From: Thermoplasmata archaeon
Lineage (GTDB): Archaea > Thermoplasmatota > Thermoplasmata > Lutacidiplasmatales > UBA184
DNA: 60,892 bases
Assembly (NCBI GenBank): GCA_030041175.1
Contig: JASHOK010000052.1
Location: 1 to 60,892 of the forward strand
Reading direction: 5' to 3'
Positions 38,173 through 47,983 of the stretch are shown here, one piece after another (positions within the stretch are counted from its first letter, which is position 1; each line of letters begins with the position of its first letter). The position numbers were made by a program, and so were the translations under genes. The notes below the pieces were generated by a model. That model searched no databases. It was not told the origin of the DNA and saw only the letters and a list, made by a program, of their open reading frames with translations.

Positions 38173-38832
38173 TTAAACGGTTGCCTCGGACGTCGGTCCC
38201 GTAGCCGTCCGTCCGCCGGCGCCGAGCCGCGACAGCAAGCGGGAGAGTGCCGCTCCGTCCTGTTCCCATCGCCGGCGGAAAGCATTGGAGCGCGCGGCGG
38301 ATGCCGGGTGCACCAGGGGAAACAGTGCCAGGCCCCGCCACCGGAACCGGCGCCCCGCCGACCCTAGGATGGGGAGCAGGTCCGGGCGGAATGCGGCCAG
38401 CGCGGGCGCCCCGAGCGTGACGACCATGATCGGTTGCAGGAACTCCACCTGTCGGGCCAGGAAGGGACGGCAGGCTTCCGCTGCCACCTCGCTGAACTGG
38501 TTGCCCGGTGGGTGGCACTTGATCACGTTCACGATGGCGAACTCGCTCTCCAGCAGCCCCAGCTGCTGGATCAGCAAATCGAGCCGCTTGCCGGCCGCTC
38601 CGACGAACGGGATGCCGACCTTGTCTTCCGACGCACCCGGCGCCTCGCCGACGAAAAGTACCCGCGGCCGCAGGCTTCCCCGGTGGATTACGACCTGGGT
38701 GCGCAACGACCCCAGCGGACAGGCCCGGCAGTTCTCGATCTCCCGGTTCAGCTGAGCCCACTCTGCTCGGCTACGCGGCCCCGAGCGGGGCGTGACGGGC
38801 CAGACGCTGTCGACCGTGGGCCGGGCTGGCAT
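38173..38832 (-). CDS. udg: family 4 uracil-DNA glycosylase
   Basis: CRACPL, LFVGEAPGASEDKVGIPFVGAAGKRL, NVIKCHPP and HPAS motifs. Confidence 0.88.
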   Translation of the reverse strand: MPARPTVDSVWPVTPRSGPRSRAEWAQLNREIENCRACPLGSLRTQVVIHRGSLRPRVLFVGEAPGASEDKVGIPFVGAAGKRLDLLIQQLGLLESEFAIVNVIKCHPPGNQFSEVAAEACRPFLARQVEFLQPIMVVTLGAPALAAFRPDLLPILGSAGRRFRWRGLALFPLVHPASAARSNAFRRRWEQDGAALSRLLSRLGAGGRTATGPTSEATV

Positions 38833-38860
38833 CGCTCCCGGAGGGTCGCGTCGAGGTAAA

Positions 38861-39850
38861 CTATGCTTCGGCGACCGGGGGCAGCCGGAAGAACCCGGAC
38901 CTCAGTTCGATGGCACCCGTCGTGCGGTCGATGTTGCCATGGACGCCGATGGCCCGGCCACCGCGGCCGCCACCCTGGACCACGTACCAGAACACCCGGA
39001 AGACGTTCCCTTGCTCGACCGCCTCGCCGAAGTGGTAGTTGTAGCGAAGCCACCGGTTCTTCTGCATCGCCGGAAGATAGGTCCGCTCCAGCGCCGCCTG
39101 TGCCGAGTCGACCGGTCCGGGTGAAGGCGCCACCTTGGAAACGGTCAGGCTCCGTTCGGGCGTGGAGCTTCCGCCCGCCAGGTGGAGGGTCCGGTAGCGA
39201 AGCCGGTACCGTTCGGGCGAGTCCTCCTCGTCGGCCATGAGCCAGGTCCAGGGACTTGTCGTGGGCTCCACGGCGTGGAAGCCCTCCCGGTTCGCCTGAA
39301 GCCGGGCCCGCCACCGGGCGACGGTCCGGAGGACCAGGTAACCGCCGTACACCGCAATGAGGATCCAGACCGTATCCGTCCAGACGCTGAACGCTACGCG
39401 CCCGTGCTCCCAGATCAGGATACCGAGCGTGACGGCCGTCATTCCGAGGGTCGTGATATTCACGGCGTTGTCGGCATCCATCCGTAGAATCTTCCGGGAG
39501 AACGGGGCCAGGGGCGTGACGGCGTAGTTCGTGAAGCCGTCCAGGACGAGATGGGTGAGGCCGCCGATCTCCATGGCGACGAAGTAGAGCAGCGTGGAGG
39601 CGTGCGTGAAGTACGGGAGGAACGGGACCAGGAAGGCGCCGACGGCCGCGATGATCGTGACTCCGAGGACGGTATGGACGATCCCGCGATGCTCGAGCGC
39701 CGGGAACCACCGGGTCAGCGGGAACAGCAGGATATCGGCATCCGGGAGTCCGCCCGCGAGGGCGCCGGCCGCGATGTACTGGGGCGCCGCCGGGCCCCAA
39801 ATGACGAACGAGAGGAGGTACGCGAAGATGACATGCGTGAAGAGGTCCAC
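38861..39850 (-). CDS. membrane-bound metal-dependent hydrolase (YdjM/DUF457-like) with C-terminal extra domain
   Basis: MDLFTHVIFAYLL...LPDADILL...HRGIVHTVLG...GGLTHLVLDGFTNY. Confidence 0.68.
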   Translation of the reverse strand: MDLFTHVIFAYLLSFVIWGPAAPQYIAAGALAGGLPDADILLFPLTRWFPALEHRGIVHTVLGVTIIAAVGAFLVPFLPYFTHASTLLYFVAMEIGGLTHLVLDGFTNYAVTPLAPFSRKILRMDADNAVNITTLGMTAVTLGILIWEHGRVAFSVWTDTVWILIAVYGGYLVLRTVARWRARLQANREGFHAVEPTTSPWTWLMADEEDSPERYRLRYRTLHLAGGSSTPERSLTVSKVAPSPGPVDSAQAALERTYLPAMQKNRWLRYNYHFGEAVEQGNVFRVFWYVVQGGGRGGRAIGVHGNIDRTTGAIELRSGFFRLPPVAEA

Positions 39851-39986
39851 GGAGGCGCCCCACCTCGGACGACGAACGAGGGGGAAAAGGTTGACCGTTC
39901 CCGCGCATCACCGCGTCGCATTGTGACGCGGCGACGGCCCGGTTTCGCTCCGTCGCCGGCGCGCCGAGAGTTCGGACCACGCGGGG

Positions 39987-39993
39987 TTAAATA
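39987..39993 (+). promoter_or_regulatory. candidate TATA box of the S12-S7-aEF-2 operon
   Basis: TTAAATA is embedded in GC-rich sequence about 38-44 nt upstream of the rps12 ATG at 40031. Confidence 0.4.
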
Positions 39994-40030
39994 GGGTGCA
40001 TCGATGGGACGCCCCCTCCGATAGAAGCCG

Positions 40031-40465
40031 ATGCCTCCACCGTCAGGACTTTACACCGCCAATCGACTCGCCGCGCTCCGCAAGCGACGGCGCTGGTCGG
40101 ACCGGTACTACAAGCGCCGCATGTTGCATCTCAAGGAGAAATCGGACCCGCTCGAGGGCGCTCCCCAGGGCCGGGGCATCGTCATCGAAAAGGTGGGTAT
40201 CGAAGCGAAGCAGCCCAACTCCGCCATTCGGAAGTGCGTCAAGGTTCAGCTCATCAAGAACGGCCGTCAGGTGACCGCCTTCGCCGTGGGCGACGGCGCT
40301 ATCAACTTCATTGACGAACATGACGAAGTGATGGTCGAGGGCATCGGGGGCCGCATGGGCCGGTCCTACGGCGACATCCCCGGGGTCCGGTACAAGGTCA
40401 TCCAGGTCAACGGCGTCTCGCTCGACGAGCTGGTCCGGGGCCGGAAGGAGAAGCCGCAGCGATGA
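40031..40465 (+). CDS. rps12: 30S ribosomal protein S12 (uS12)
   Basis: [48 protein letters not shown]...[10 protein letters not shown]. Confidence 0.95.
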   Translation: MPPPSGLYTANRLAALRKRRRWSDRYYKRRMLHLKEKSDPLEGAPQGRGIVIEKVGIEAKQPNSAIRKCVKVQLIKNGRQVTAFAVGDGAINFIDEHDEVMVEGIGGRMGRSYGDIPGVRYKVIQVNGVSLDELVRGRKEKPQR

Positions 40466-41139
40466 GCGCTCCCCCCGACGAGGTCGCTCGAGCCGGCGCC
40501 GCCCGTCCGCTGGCGCTGGACGAGGCCACCGCGCCCCCGGTGCCAAAGCCGGCCGCGCCGCTGCCACCCCCGTTCCCGATCCCGCCCCTGTTCGGAAAGT
40601 ATCCGTTCGAGGGCGTCACCGTGACGGACCCCGGGCTCGCGCCCTACCTCTACCTTCACCCGGTCTACGTGCCCCACTCGGAGGGGCGTCTCTCGGGCCG
40701 CCCGTTCATGAAGACCCACATGCACCTGATCGAGCGCCTCGCGAACCATCTGATGAAGGGCGAGCACTTCACCGGCAAGAAGTCGAAGGCGCTCCGTGTC
40801 ATCCGGGAGGCGTTCGCCGAGCTCGACCGGACCACGCACGAGAACCCGATCCAGCTCCTCGTCCGCGCGGTCGAGAATGCCGCGCCGCGCGAGGAGGTCA
40901 CGCGGCTGCAGTTCGGCGGCATCTCGGTCCCCCGGGCCGTGGACGCCGCGCCGGCCCGGCGGGTGCACGTCGCCATCCGGAACATCGCCTTGGGCGCGAT
41001 CAATGCCTCGCACAAGTCCACGAAACCGATCGCGTCCTGCCTCGCGAGCGAGATCGCCGCCGCTGCGAAGGGCGAGCTCACGAGCTTCGCGGTCGGACGG
41101 AAAGAAGAAGTGGAACGGGTCGCCCAGTCGGCACGGTAG
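40462..41139 (+). CDS. rps7: 30S ribosomal protein S7 (uS7) with Pro/Ala-rich N-terminal extension
   Basis: [17 protein letters not shown]...[10 protein letters not shown]...[19 protein letters not shown]...[22 protein letters not shown] overlap with rps12. Confidence 0.92.
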   Translation: MSAPPDEVARAGAARPLALDEATAPPVPKPAAPLPPPFPIPPLFGKYPFEGVTVTDPGLAPYLYLHPVYVPHSEGRLSGRPFMKTHMHLIERLANHLMKGEHFTGKKSKALRVIREAFAELDRTTHENPIQLLVRAVENAAPREEVTRLQFGGISVPRAVDAAPARRVHVAIRNIALGAINASHKSTKPIASCLASEIAAAAKGELTSFAVGRKEEVERVAQSAR

Positions 41140-41156
41140 GGCAGGGGGGTCGAAGC

Positions 41157-43358
41157 ATGGCGCACATCCGGGCGGAGCTGGCGAAGGCCATCCCCGAGAT
41201 GATGACCCAGATCGACAAGATCCGGAACATCGGCATCGTGGCCCACATCCACCACGGGAAGACGACGCTCTCGGACAATCTCCTCGCCGCCGCCGGCATG
41301 ATCTCGAGCGAACTCGCCGGCAAGCAGCTCTATCTCAACTTTGACGAGCAGGAGCAGACCCGGCTGCTGACCATCAACAACGCCGATGTCACCATCGTAC
41401 ACGAGTACGAGGGCCAGCAGCACCTCATCAACCTCATCGACACGCCGGGACACGTCGACTTCGGCGGCGACGTCACCCGCGCGATGCGCGCGGTCGACGG
41501 CGCGGTGGTCGTGGTCTGCGCCGTCGAGGGCGTCATGGCCCAGACCGAGACGGTCCTCCGGCAGGCGCTCCGCGAGAAGGTCCAGCCGGTCCTGTTCATC
41601 AACAAGGTCGACCGGGCGATCAAGGAGCTCCAGCTCGGCCCCGACCAGCTCCAGAAGCGGTTCCTCACGATCATCTCGGAGGTCAACGAGCTCATCCGGC
41701 GGATGGCGCCGGACGAGTTCATCGACAAGTGGTCGGTCGACCCCCGCGATGGCTCGGTCGCCTTCGGCTCGGGCTACGAGAACTGGGCGATCAGCGTCCC
41801 CTACATGCAGCGGACGCAGGTCACCTTCAAGGACATCATCGACTACGTGTCCACCGGCCGCTCGAAGGAGATCGCGAAGAAGGCCCGGATCAACGACGTC
41901 GTCTTCGACATGGTCGTGAAGCACCTGCCGAGCCCGGCGCAGGCGCAAAAGTACCGGATCCCGAACATCTGGCGGGGCGAGATCGCTTCCCCGGTCGGTC
42001 AGGCGATGCTCTCCACCGCCAGCGATGGACCGGTCGCCTTCATGGTCACCGACATCACGATGGACCCCAACGCCGGCGAGATCGCCACGGGCCGGGTCTT
42101 TTCGGGCCGTCTCAAGAAGGGCCAGGAGCTCGCCATCGTCGGAACGAAGCTCAAGAACCGGGTCCAGAACGTCTCCCTGTTCATGGGGCCCGAGCGGCTC
42201 CTGGTCGAGGAGGTCACCGCGGGCAACATCGCCGCCGTGGTCGGCCTCACCGACGCCTTCGCCGGGACGACCGTCTCGGACGCTCCGGACATGATCCCGT
42301 TCGAGGAGATCCGGCACGTCTCCGAGCCGGTCGTGACGGTCGCGATCGAGCCGAAGCACATGAGCGACCTCCCGAAGCTCATCGAGGTCATGCGGAAGAT
42401 CGCGAAGGAGGACCCCAGCCTCCGGGTCGAGATCAACCAGGAGACCGGCGAGCATCTCCTCTCCGGGATGGGGGAGCTCCACCTCGAGATCACCGAGTTC
42501 CGGATCATCAACGATCACAAGGTCGAGATCGAGGCGTCGAAGCCGATCGTCGTCTACCGGGAGACGGTCGCCGGGCCGGGGGGCCCGTTCGAGGGAAAGT
42601 CCCCGAACAAGCACAACCGCTTCTACTTCGAGGTCGAGGCCCTGCCCGAGACGATCATCCGGGCGATCCGCGAGGGCGAGATCCCGCAGGGCAAGTCGTT
42701 CAAGGACCTGAAGACGCTCGTCACGAAGATGGACGGAATGGGTCTCTCCCGGGAGGAGGGACGGGGGCTGATCGCCGTCGAGGGCACGAACATGCTCCTC
42801 GACGTCACGAAGGGGATTCAGTACCTCAACGAAACGATGGACCTCATCGTCGACGCGTTCAAGGAGGCGATGAACCGGGGCCCGCTCGCGAACGAGAAGG
42901 TCTATGGTCTCAAGGTCCGGCTCGTGGACGCGAAGCTGCACGAAGACTCGATCCACCGGGGTCCGGCGCAGACGATCCCCGCGGCCCGGTCGGGGATGTA
43001 CGGGGCGATGGTGCTCGGCGGTCGGGTCCTCCTCGAGCCGCTCCAGAAGGTCACGGTCAACGTGCCGCAGGACGTGCTCGCGAACGCCACGCGGGAGCTC
43101 CAGCGCCGGCGGGGCGAGATCCTGGACATGACGAGCGTCGGCGACCTCCAGACGGTCGTCGCCAAGGTCCCGGTGGCGGAGATGTTCGGCTTCGCCTCGG
43201 ATATCCGGAGCGCCACGGCCGGTAAGGTCCTCTGGGCGACCGAGTCGATGGGCTTCGAGCGGCTCCCGGCCGAGCTCCAGACGCAGGTGGTCGCCGAGGT
43301 CCGCCAGCGGCGGGGCCTCAAGCCCGAGCCGTACGACGCGGCGTACTACAGTGGCTAA
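41157..43358 (+). CDS. fusA: translation elongation factor aEF-2
   Basis: [33 protein letters not shown] and the diphthamide-site context [11 protein letters not shown]. Confidence 0.97.
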   Translation: MAHIRAELAKAIPEMMTQIDKIRNIGIVAHIHHGKTTLSDNLLAAAGMISSELAGKQLYLNFDEQEQTRLLTINNADVTIVHEYEGQQHLINLIDTPGHVDFGGDVTRAMRAVDGAVVVVCAVEGVMAQTETVLRQALREKVQPVLFINKVDRAIKELQLGPDQLQKRFLTIISEVNELIRRMAPDEFIDKWSVDPRDGSVAFGSGYENWAISVPYMQRTQVTFKDIIDYVSTGRSKEIAKKARINDVVFDMVVKHLPSPAQAQKYRIPNIWRGEIASPVGQAMLSTASDGPVAFMVTDITMDPNAGEIATGRVFSGRLKKGQELAIVGTKLKNRVQNVSLFMGPERLLVEEVTAGNIAAVVGLTDAFAGTTVSDAPDMIPFEEIRHVSEPVVTVAIEPKHMSDLPKLIEVMRKIAKEDPSLRVEINQETGEHLLSGMGELHLEITEFRIINDHKVEIEASKPIVVYRETVAGPGGPFEGKSPNKHNRFYFEVEALPETIIRAIREGEIPQGKSFKDLKTLVTKMDGMGLSREEGRGLIAVEGTNMLLDVTKGIQYLNETMDLIVDAFKEAMNRGPLANEKVYGLKVRLVDAKLHEDSIHRGPAQTIPAARSGMYGAMVLGGRVLLEPLQKVTVNVPQDVLANATRELQRRRGEILDMTSVGDLQTVVAKVPVAEMFGFASDIRSATAGKVLWATESMGFERLPAELQTQVVAEVRQRRGLKPEPYDAAYYSG

Positions 43359-43359
43359 C

Positions 43360-43455
43360 CTACTACCCGCGGTAGTAGCTTGTAGGCTCTGACAGGTCGT
43401 AGTAGCTTAGATTTCTAAAGCTACGACGGCCTGTAGTAGCTTAGGCCCGTGGGCC
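43360..43455. terminator. stem-loops plus three GTAGTAGCTT direct repeats in the convergent aEF-2/ogt intergenic region
   Basis: Hairpin CTACTACC-CGC-GGTAGTAG at 43360-43378, 2 nt after the aEF-2 stop. Second imperfect hairpin at 43396-43427 (GTCG..TAGCTTAG-ATTT-CTAAAGCTA-CGAC). GTAGTAGCTT occurs at 43372, 43399 and 43433. The region is AT-rich relative to its flanks. Confidence 0.45.
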
Positions 43456-43464
43456 GGCGAAGGA

Positions 43465-44064
43465 CTATGCGTCCGGCGCGGCAGGGACGGCCGGGAGCGG
43501 TGGCAGGTGGTCGAGGGTGCGCTGGCCCTTGTTGTGGGACGGGCCTTCGAAGCTCCGGGACTTGAGCGGCCAGGAGCCCTCGTGGGCCAGGAGCCAGCGT
43601 TTGCGCCAGAGGCCGAGGCCGAACCCCGTGAGCGTATGGTCGGCGCCGACCACCCGATGGCACGGCACGACGATCGGGATCGGGTTGCGCCCGACGGCGC
43701 CTCCGACGGCTCGGGCGGCCCCCGGGTAGCCGATGCGTCGGGCGATCTCCCCGTAGGTCACGGTCGCGCCCGGCGGGATCTTGAGGAGCTCGGTCCAGAC
43801 CTTCCGGTCGAAGTCGGTGCCGATGGTGGGGGCGATCTCCACCTCGAAATTTCGGCGACGGCCCTGGAAATACTCCTTGAGCTGGCGCGGCGGAGAGCCG
43901 GCTGGGTACGGCGGCTTCTGGACGCGCGCCCCGACGGGGATCCCGAGCTGCTGGACGCCCGGCTCGGCGAGGTCGATGATCTGGACCGTGTTGCCGTCGT
44001 AGACGACTTCGAAGGTCCCGACGGGGGTCGGAACGGAGGCGACGAAGGAGCCCTTCGGAGGCAT
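43465..44064 (-). CDS. ogt: methylated-DNA--protein-cysteine methyltransferase
   Basis: TYGEIARRIGYPGAARAVGGAVGRNPIPIVVPCHRVV. ATG 44064 is preferred because TTTATC lies about 27 nt upstream, which suggests a leaderless transcript. Alternatives are 44097 and 44139. Confidence 0.85.
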   Translation of the reverse strand: MPPKGSFVASVPTPVGTFEVVYDGNTVQIIDLAEPGVQQLGIPVGARVQKPPYPAGSPPRQLKEYFQGRRRNFEVEIAPTIGTDFDRKVWTELLKIPPGATVTYGEIARRIGYPGAARAVGGAVGRNPIPIVVPCHRVVGADHTLTGFGLGLWRKRWLLAHEGSWPLKSRSFEGPSHNKGQRTLDHLPPLPAVPAAPDA

Positions 44065-44140
44065 GCGCGGCCGGAACGCGAGGGGGATAAAGTGCATATC
44101 GCCGCGGGTCGGCGCGTCCGGGCCCGTTCGCGATATCATT

Positions 44141-44905
44141 ATGCGGAAACGGCCCTGCCCGGCGCTCGAGGAGCGCGGCGTGTCGCTTCGGCGGTTCTTC
44201 GAGGAGATTCCGTCGACCCAGGCCGAGGCGATTCGTCTCGCCCGAACCGACGCGCCGGTGGGGACGTTTGTGGTCGCCGCCCGTCAGACGGCCGGGCACG
44301 GCCGCGGCGACCACCTCTGGGCGTCGCCGCCGGGCGGCCTCTACCTGTCCGTGCTCGTCCCGGCCCCGCCGTCCGCTCCGGGCCTGCTGCCGCTGGCCGT
44401 CGGCGAGCGGGTACGGCAACACTTCGAGGAGGCCTATGGGGTCCGCTCTGTCCTCAAGTGGCCCAACGACCTCCTCGTGCCGCGGGAGGGCCGGCCGCCG
44501 GCGAAGCTCGCGGGTGTTCTGGTCGACCGGGTCGGCGAGCGGCTGGCCGTGGTCGGGGTCGGGGTCAATGTGGCGATCCGTCCGGGGGACCTCCCCGAAT
44601 CGTTGCGCTCGGCGGTGGCGGTCCTGCGCGACCTCACGAGCTACCCCCCCAAGGTGGAGCAGGTCGAATCCGAGCTCCTGGAGGTCATACTATCCACGGC
44701 CGAGCTCCTGGAGTCGGAGGCCGGTCGCCACGCGATGATCGCCGCGTGCCGTCGGTCGCTCTACGGTCGAGGTCATGCCGCCCGGGTGGATGGTCGGCCG
44801 GTGGGGATCATCCGGGACCTCGGCGACGAGGGCGAACTGTGGGTCGAGAGCGGGCGCGGCCGCGAGGCCGTCTGGGCCGGCGACCTCACGGTCGAGGAGG
44901 GGTAG
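44141..44905 (+). CDS. birA: biotin--[acetyl-CoA-carboxylase] ligase
   Basis: ARQTAGHGRGDHLWASPPGGLYLSVL and LKWPNDL. ATG 44141 lies inside ORF 44063..44905. Confidence 0.85.
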   Translation: MRKRPCPALEERGVSLRRFFEEIPSTQAEAIRLARTDAPVGTFVVAARQTAGHGRGDHLWASPPGGLYLSVLVPAPPSAPGLLPLAVGERVRQHFEEAYGVRSVLKWPNDLLVPREGRPPAKLAGVLVDRVGERLAVVGVGVNVAIRPGDLPESLRSAVAVLRDLTSYPPKVEQVESELLEVILSTAELLESEAGRHAMIAACRRSLYGRGHAARVDGRPVGIIRDLGDEGELWVESGRGREAVWAGDLTVEEG

Positions 44906-44907
44906 CC

Positions 44908-46452
44908 GTGGCGTTCGAACGGTGGCGACTTCTCCGGGAGAAGGCGCAGGAGGGTGGCGGCGCCGAGCGGGTCCGGCGGCACAAGGCCGACGGCCGGCTC
45001 ACGGCCCGCGAGCGGCTGGAGGCCTTCTTCGATGCCGGCAGCTTCGTCGAGCTCGACCCGTTCGTGGTGCACCGGAGCGATCGCTTCGGGATGGCCGAGC
45101 GCCGGGTCTTCGGGGACGGCGTCGTCACGGGCTGGGGCGAGGTCGAGGGCCGGCCGGTCTGTGCCTTCGCCCAGGACGCGACCGTCTTCGGAGGTTCGCT
45201 GGGAGAGGCCCACGCCGAGAAGATCGTGAAGGTGATGGACCTGGCCGCAAAGGCCGGGGTTCCGCTGGTCGGCCTCAACGATTCGGGCGGCGCCCGGATC
45301 CAGGAGGGCGTCATCGGCCTCGGCGGCTATGGCGACGTGTTCTTCCGGAACGTGTCGCTCTCCGGCGTGGTCCCGCAGCTGTCCGTGATTCTGGGCCCCT
45401 GCGCGGGGGGCGCCGTGTACTCTCCGGCGATGACCGACTTCATCGTGATGGTCCGGGGCCAGTCCCAGATGTTCATCACCGGACCGGACGTGATTCGCGC
45501 CGTGACCGGTGAGGAGGTATCGCTCGAGGCGCTCGGAGGCGCCGACACCCATGCCAGTGCGAGCGGAGTCTCCCACTTCACGGTCGGGTCCGATGCGGAA
45601 GCCCTGGCGCTCACCCGGCATCTCCTGGGCTATCTTCCGCTTAACAACCTCGAAGACCCGCCGACCGGCTCCGGTACGGAGCCAGCAACCTCCGCCGGGG
45701 GCGAACTCACGTCGCTGGTGCCCGAGACCGCCGACGCGCCCTACGATGTCCACGAGGTCATCGCACGGGTCCTGGACCCCGGCAGCCTGCTCGAGGTCCA
45801 CGCCGCGTGGGGGCCGAACCTCGTCGTGGGTTTCGCCCGACTGGACGGCCACCCGGTCGGGGTCGTGGCGAACCAGCCGAAGGTGCTCGCCGGGACGCTA
45901 GATATCGTCGCGTCGACGAAGGGGGCCCGATTCGTCCGGTTCTGCGACGCGTTCAACCTCCCGCTCGTCACGTTCGTGGACGTTCCCGGGTTCCTGCCCG
46001 GTACTTCCCAGGAGCTCGGCGGCATCATTCGGCACGGCGCGAAGCTCCTCTACGCCTACGCCGAGGCGACCGTGCCGAAGATGACGGTGATCCTCCGAAA
46101 GGCGTACGGAGGCGCCTACGACGTCATGTGCTCGAAGCACATCGGCGGCGACCTGAACCTCGCGTGGCCGATGGCCGAGATCGCGGTGATGGGCGCCGAG
46201 GGCGCCGTCAACATCCTGTTTCACCGGGAGATCGAGCAGGCACCGGAGGCCGAGCGTGCGAAGGTCCGGGAGCGGCTCACGCAGGAGTACCGGACCGAGT
46301 TCCTGAACCCGTATCTCGCCGCCGAGCGCGGCTACCTCGACGACGTCATCGACCCGGCCGATACCCGGGACCGACTGGTCGCCGGCCTCCGGCTGCTCCG
46401 CTCCAAGCGGGAGGAGCGGCCGCCGAAGAAGCACGGCAACATCCCGCTCTGA
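44908..46452 (+). CDS. pccB: acyl-CoA carboxyltransferase (propionyl-CoA carboxylase beta / transcarboxylase 12S-like)
   Basis: LTARERLEAFFDAGSFVELD, FAQDATVFGGSLGEAHAEKI, NDSGGARIQEG and VILRKAYGGAYDVM. GTG 44908 follows GAGGAGGGG. The 5' 1.4 kb of ORF 43507..46452 was rejected. Confidence 0.92.
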   Translation: MAFERWRLLREKAQEGGGAERVRRHKADGRLTARERLEAFFDAGSFVELDPFVVHRSDRFGMAERRVFGDGVVTGWGEVEGRPVCAFAQDATVFGGSLGEAHAEKIVKVMDLAAKAGVPLVGLNDSGGARIQEGVIGLGGYGDVFFRNVSLSGVVPQLSVILGPCAGGAVYSPAMTDFIVMVRGQSQMFITGPDVIRAVTGEEVSLEALGGADTHASASGVSHFTVGSDAEALALTRHLLGYLPLNNLEDPPTGSGTEPATSAGGELTSLVPETADAPYDVHEVIARVLDPGSLLEVHAAWGPNLVVGFARLDGHPVGVVANQPKVLAGTLDIVASTKGARFVRFCDAFNLPLVTFVDVPGFLPGTSQELGGIIRHGAKLLYAYAEATVPKMTVILRKAYGGAYDVMCSKHIGGDLNLAWPMAEIAVMGAEGAVNILFHREIEQAPEAERAKVRERLTQEYRTEFLNPYLAAERGYLDDVIDPADTRDRLVAGLRLLRSKREERPPKKHGNIPL

Positions 46453-46474
46453 CGCGAGCGGCGGAAGCGGGCGC

Positions 46475-47983
46475 ATGGTCCAGATCACCGAGACAGTGCT
46501 GCGGGACGGGCATCAGTCGCTCATCGCCACCCGGATGCGGACCCGACATATGCTGCCCGCCGCGGAGCGCCTGGACGCGGTCGGCTACCGCTCCATCGAG
46601 GCTTGGGGCGGCGCGACCTTCGATGTCTGCGTCCGGTACCTGCACGAGGACCCGTGGGAACGGCTGCGGTCGCTCAAGCGGAAGATCAGGAAGACTCCAA
46701 TCCAGATGCTGCTTCGGGGACAGAACCTGGTCGGCTACCGGCATTACGCCGATGACATCGTCGACCGATTCGTCCGCCGCGCCGCGACCGAAGGCGTCGA
46801 CATCTTCCGGGTCTTCGATGCGCTGAACGACCCCCGGAACATGGAGCGCGCGCTGCGGGCGGTCCGGGCTGCGGGGGCGCGGGCACAGGGGACCATCTGC
46901 TACACGCAGTCGCCCGTCCACACCCTGGACGCGTTCGTGCAGCTCGGGAAGACCCTGGCCGCCCTCGGCGCCGACGAGCTCTGCATCAAGGACATGGGAG
47001 GCTTCATGCCGCCGAGCGACGCCGCCTCCCTCGTACGGGCCCTCGTGCACGAGGTTGGTCTCCCCGTCGTGGTCCACACCCACTCCTCGAGCGGCATGTC
47101 GGCGATGGCCTGTATGGCGGCGGCCGACGCCGGGGCCACGGCCGTGGACTCCGCGCTCTCCCCGTTCGCCGGCGGAACCTCGCAGCCGCCCACCGAGAGC
47201 CTGGTCGGCGCCTTCCGGGCGGGTCCCCACGACCCGCACCTCGACCTCGGGCAGCTCGCGGAACTCTCCGAGTATTTCCAGGGAGTGCTCGCCCATTACC
47301 GGCCGATGCTCGACCTGCGGTCCCTGCAGACGGACCCCGGCATTCTCGTTCACCAGGTTCCGGGCGGCATGCTGTCGAACCTGCTCTCCCAGCTCAAGGA
47401 GCAGGATCAACTGGCGCGACTCCCCGACGTGCTCGCCGAGATCCCGCGGGTGCGCGCCGACCTCGGCTACCCGCCGCTCGTTACCCCTACCAGCCAGATC
47501 GTCGGTGCACAGGCCGTCGTGAACGTCCTCGTCGGCGCCCGGTACCGTCAGGTGACCCGTGAGGTTCACGATTACGTTCGCGGCCTGTACGGTACGCCGC
47601 CGGGCCCGGTCGATCCGACGCTCCGGGCTCAGGTGCTGGCCGGCGCAGCTGCCGTTTCCGGGCGGCCCGCCGATCTCCTGTCGCCCGAGTATGACCGGAT
47701 GCTGACCGAGGTACGGTCGATCATGCCCGCCGCCTCCGAAGAGGAAGCGCTCTCGTACGCCGTGTTCCCGACCGTGTACACCGCGTATCGGCGGGCCGTG
47801 GACCAGGGCGTGACCGCAGAGACGCTCGATGCTGTGGCGGCTGGATTGCTAGTGGCCCTCCGTCGGCCGACCGCGTCGGCTCCCGCCTCGGTCGGTCCCC
47901 CGGCCTGGGCCCGGGACGGCCGGACCCGCCAGTTGAACGCCGGGAGGTGGGTCCGTGAAGGTCACGCTCGTCCTGGACGGTGA
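46475..47983 (+). CDS. pycB: pyruvate/oxaloacetate carboxyltransferase (transcarboxylase 5S / OadA-N / PycB-like), no biotinyl domain
   Basis: ITETVLRDGHQSL...IEAWGGATFD...CIKDMGG...HTHSSSGMS. 502 aa with no AMKM motif. Confidence 0.9.
   Translation: MVQITETVLRDGHQSLIATRMRTRHMLPAAERLDAVGYRSIEAWGGATFDVCVRYLHEDPWERLRSLKRKIRKTPIQMLLRGQNLVGYRHYADDIVDRFVRRAATEGVDIFRVFDALNDPRNMERALRAVRAAGARAQGTICYTQSPVHTLDAFVQLGKTLAALGADELCIKDMGGFMPPSDAASLVRALVHEVGLPVVVHTHSSSGMSAMACMAAADAGATAVDSALSPFAGGTSQPPTESLVGAFRAGPHDPHLDLGQLAELSEYFQGVLAHYRPMLDLRSLQTDPGILVHQVPGGMLSNLLSQLKEQDQLARLPDVLAEIPRVRADLGYPPLVTPTSQIVGAQAVVNVLVGARYRQVTREVHDYVRGLYGTPPGPVDPTLRAQVLAGAAAVSGRPADLLSPEYDRMLTEVRSIMPAASEEEALSYAVFPTVYTAYRRAVDQGVTAETLDAVAAGLLVALRRPTASAPASVGPPAWARDGRTRQLNAGRWVREGHARPGR

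Noticed and set aside
38150-38761. N-terminal 204-aa extension of the polB ORF
   Set aside because: It overlaps the well-supported udg gene in another frame and has a low-complexity Arg/Gly/Pro/Ala translation. PolB similarity starts right after GTG 38149.
39900-39960. Two stem-loops (CGCGTC-GCATTGT-GACGCG and GCGACGG-N12-CCGTCGC) upstream of the rps12 TATA box as a possible ncRNA or riboswitch
   Set aside because: They lie upstream of the putative TATA box, within a divergent promoter region. GC-rich DNA forms such short stems by chance, and there is no flanking promoter/terminator pair.
40665-42956. 763-aa ORF on the minus strand opposite aEF-2
   Set aside because: It is antisense to an unambiguous, motif-rich aEF-2 gene. 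Its Asp/Arg/Leu/Val/Pro-rich, repetitive composition is typical of the mirror frame of GC3-rich genes. No family motifs.
43507-44907. 5' 1.4 kb of the 981-aa ORF 43507..46452
   Set aside because: Family similarity to carboxyltransferases begins only at GVAVAFERWRLL (GTG 44908, with a GAGGAGGGG RBS). The upstream part overlaps ogt (antisense) and birA (other frame) and is Arg/Gly/Pro-rich.
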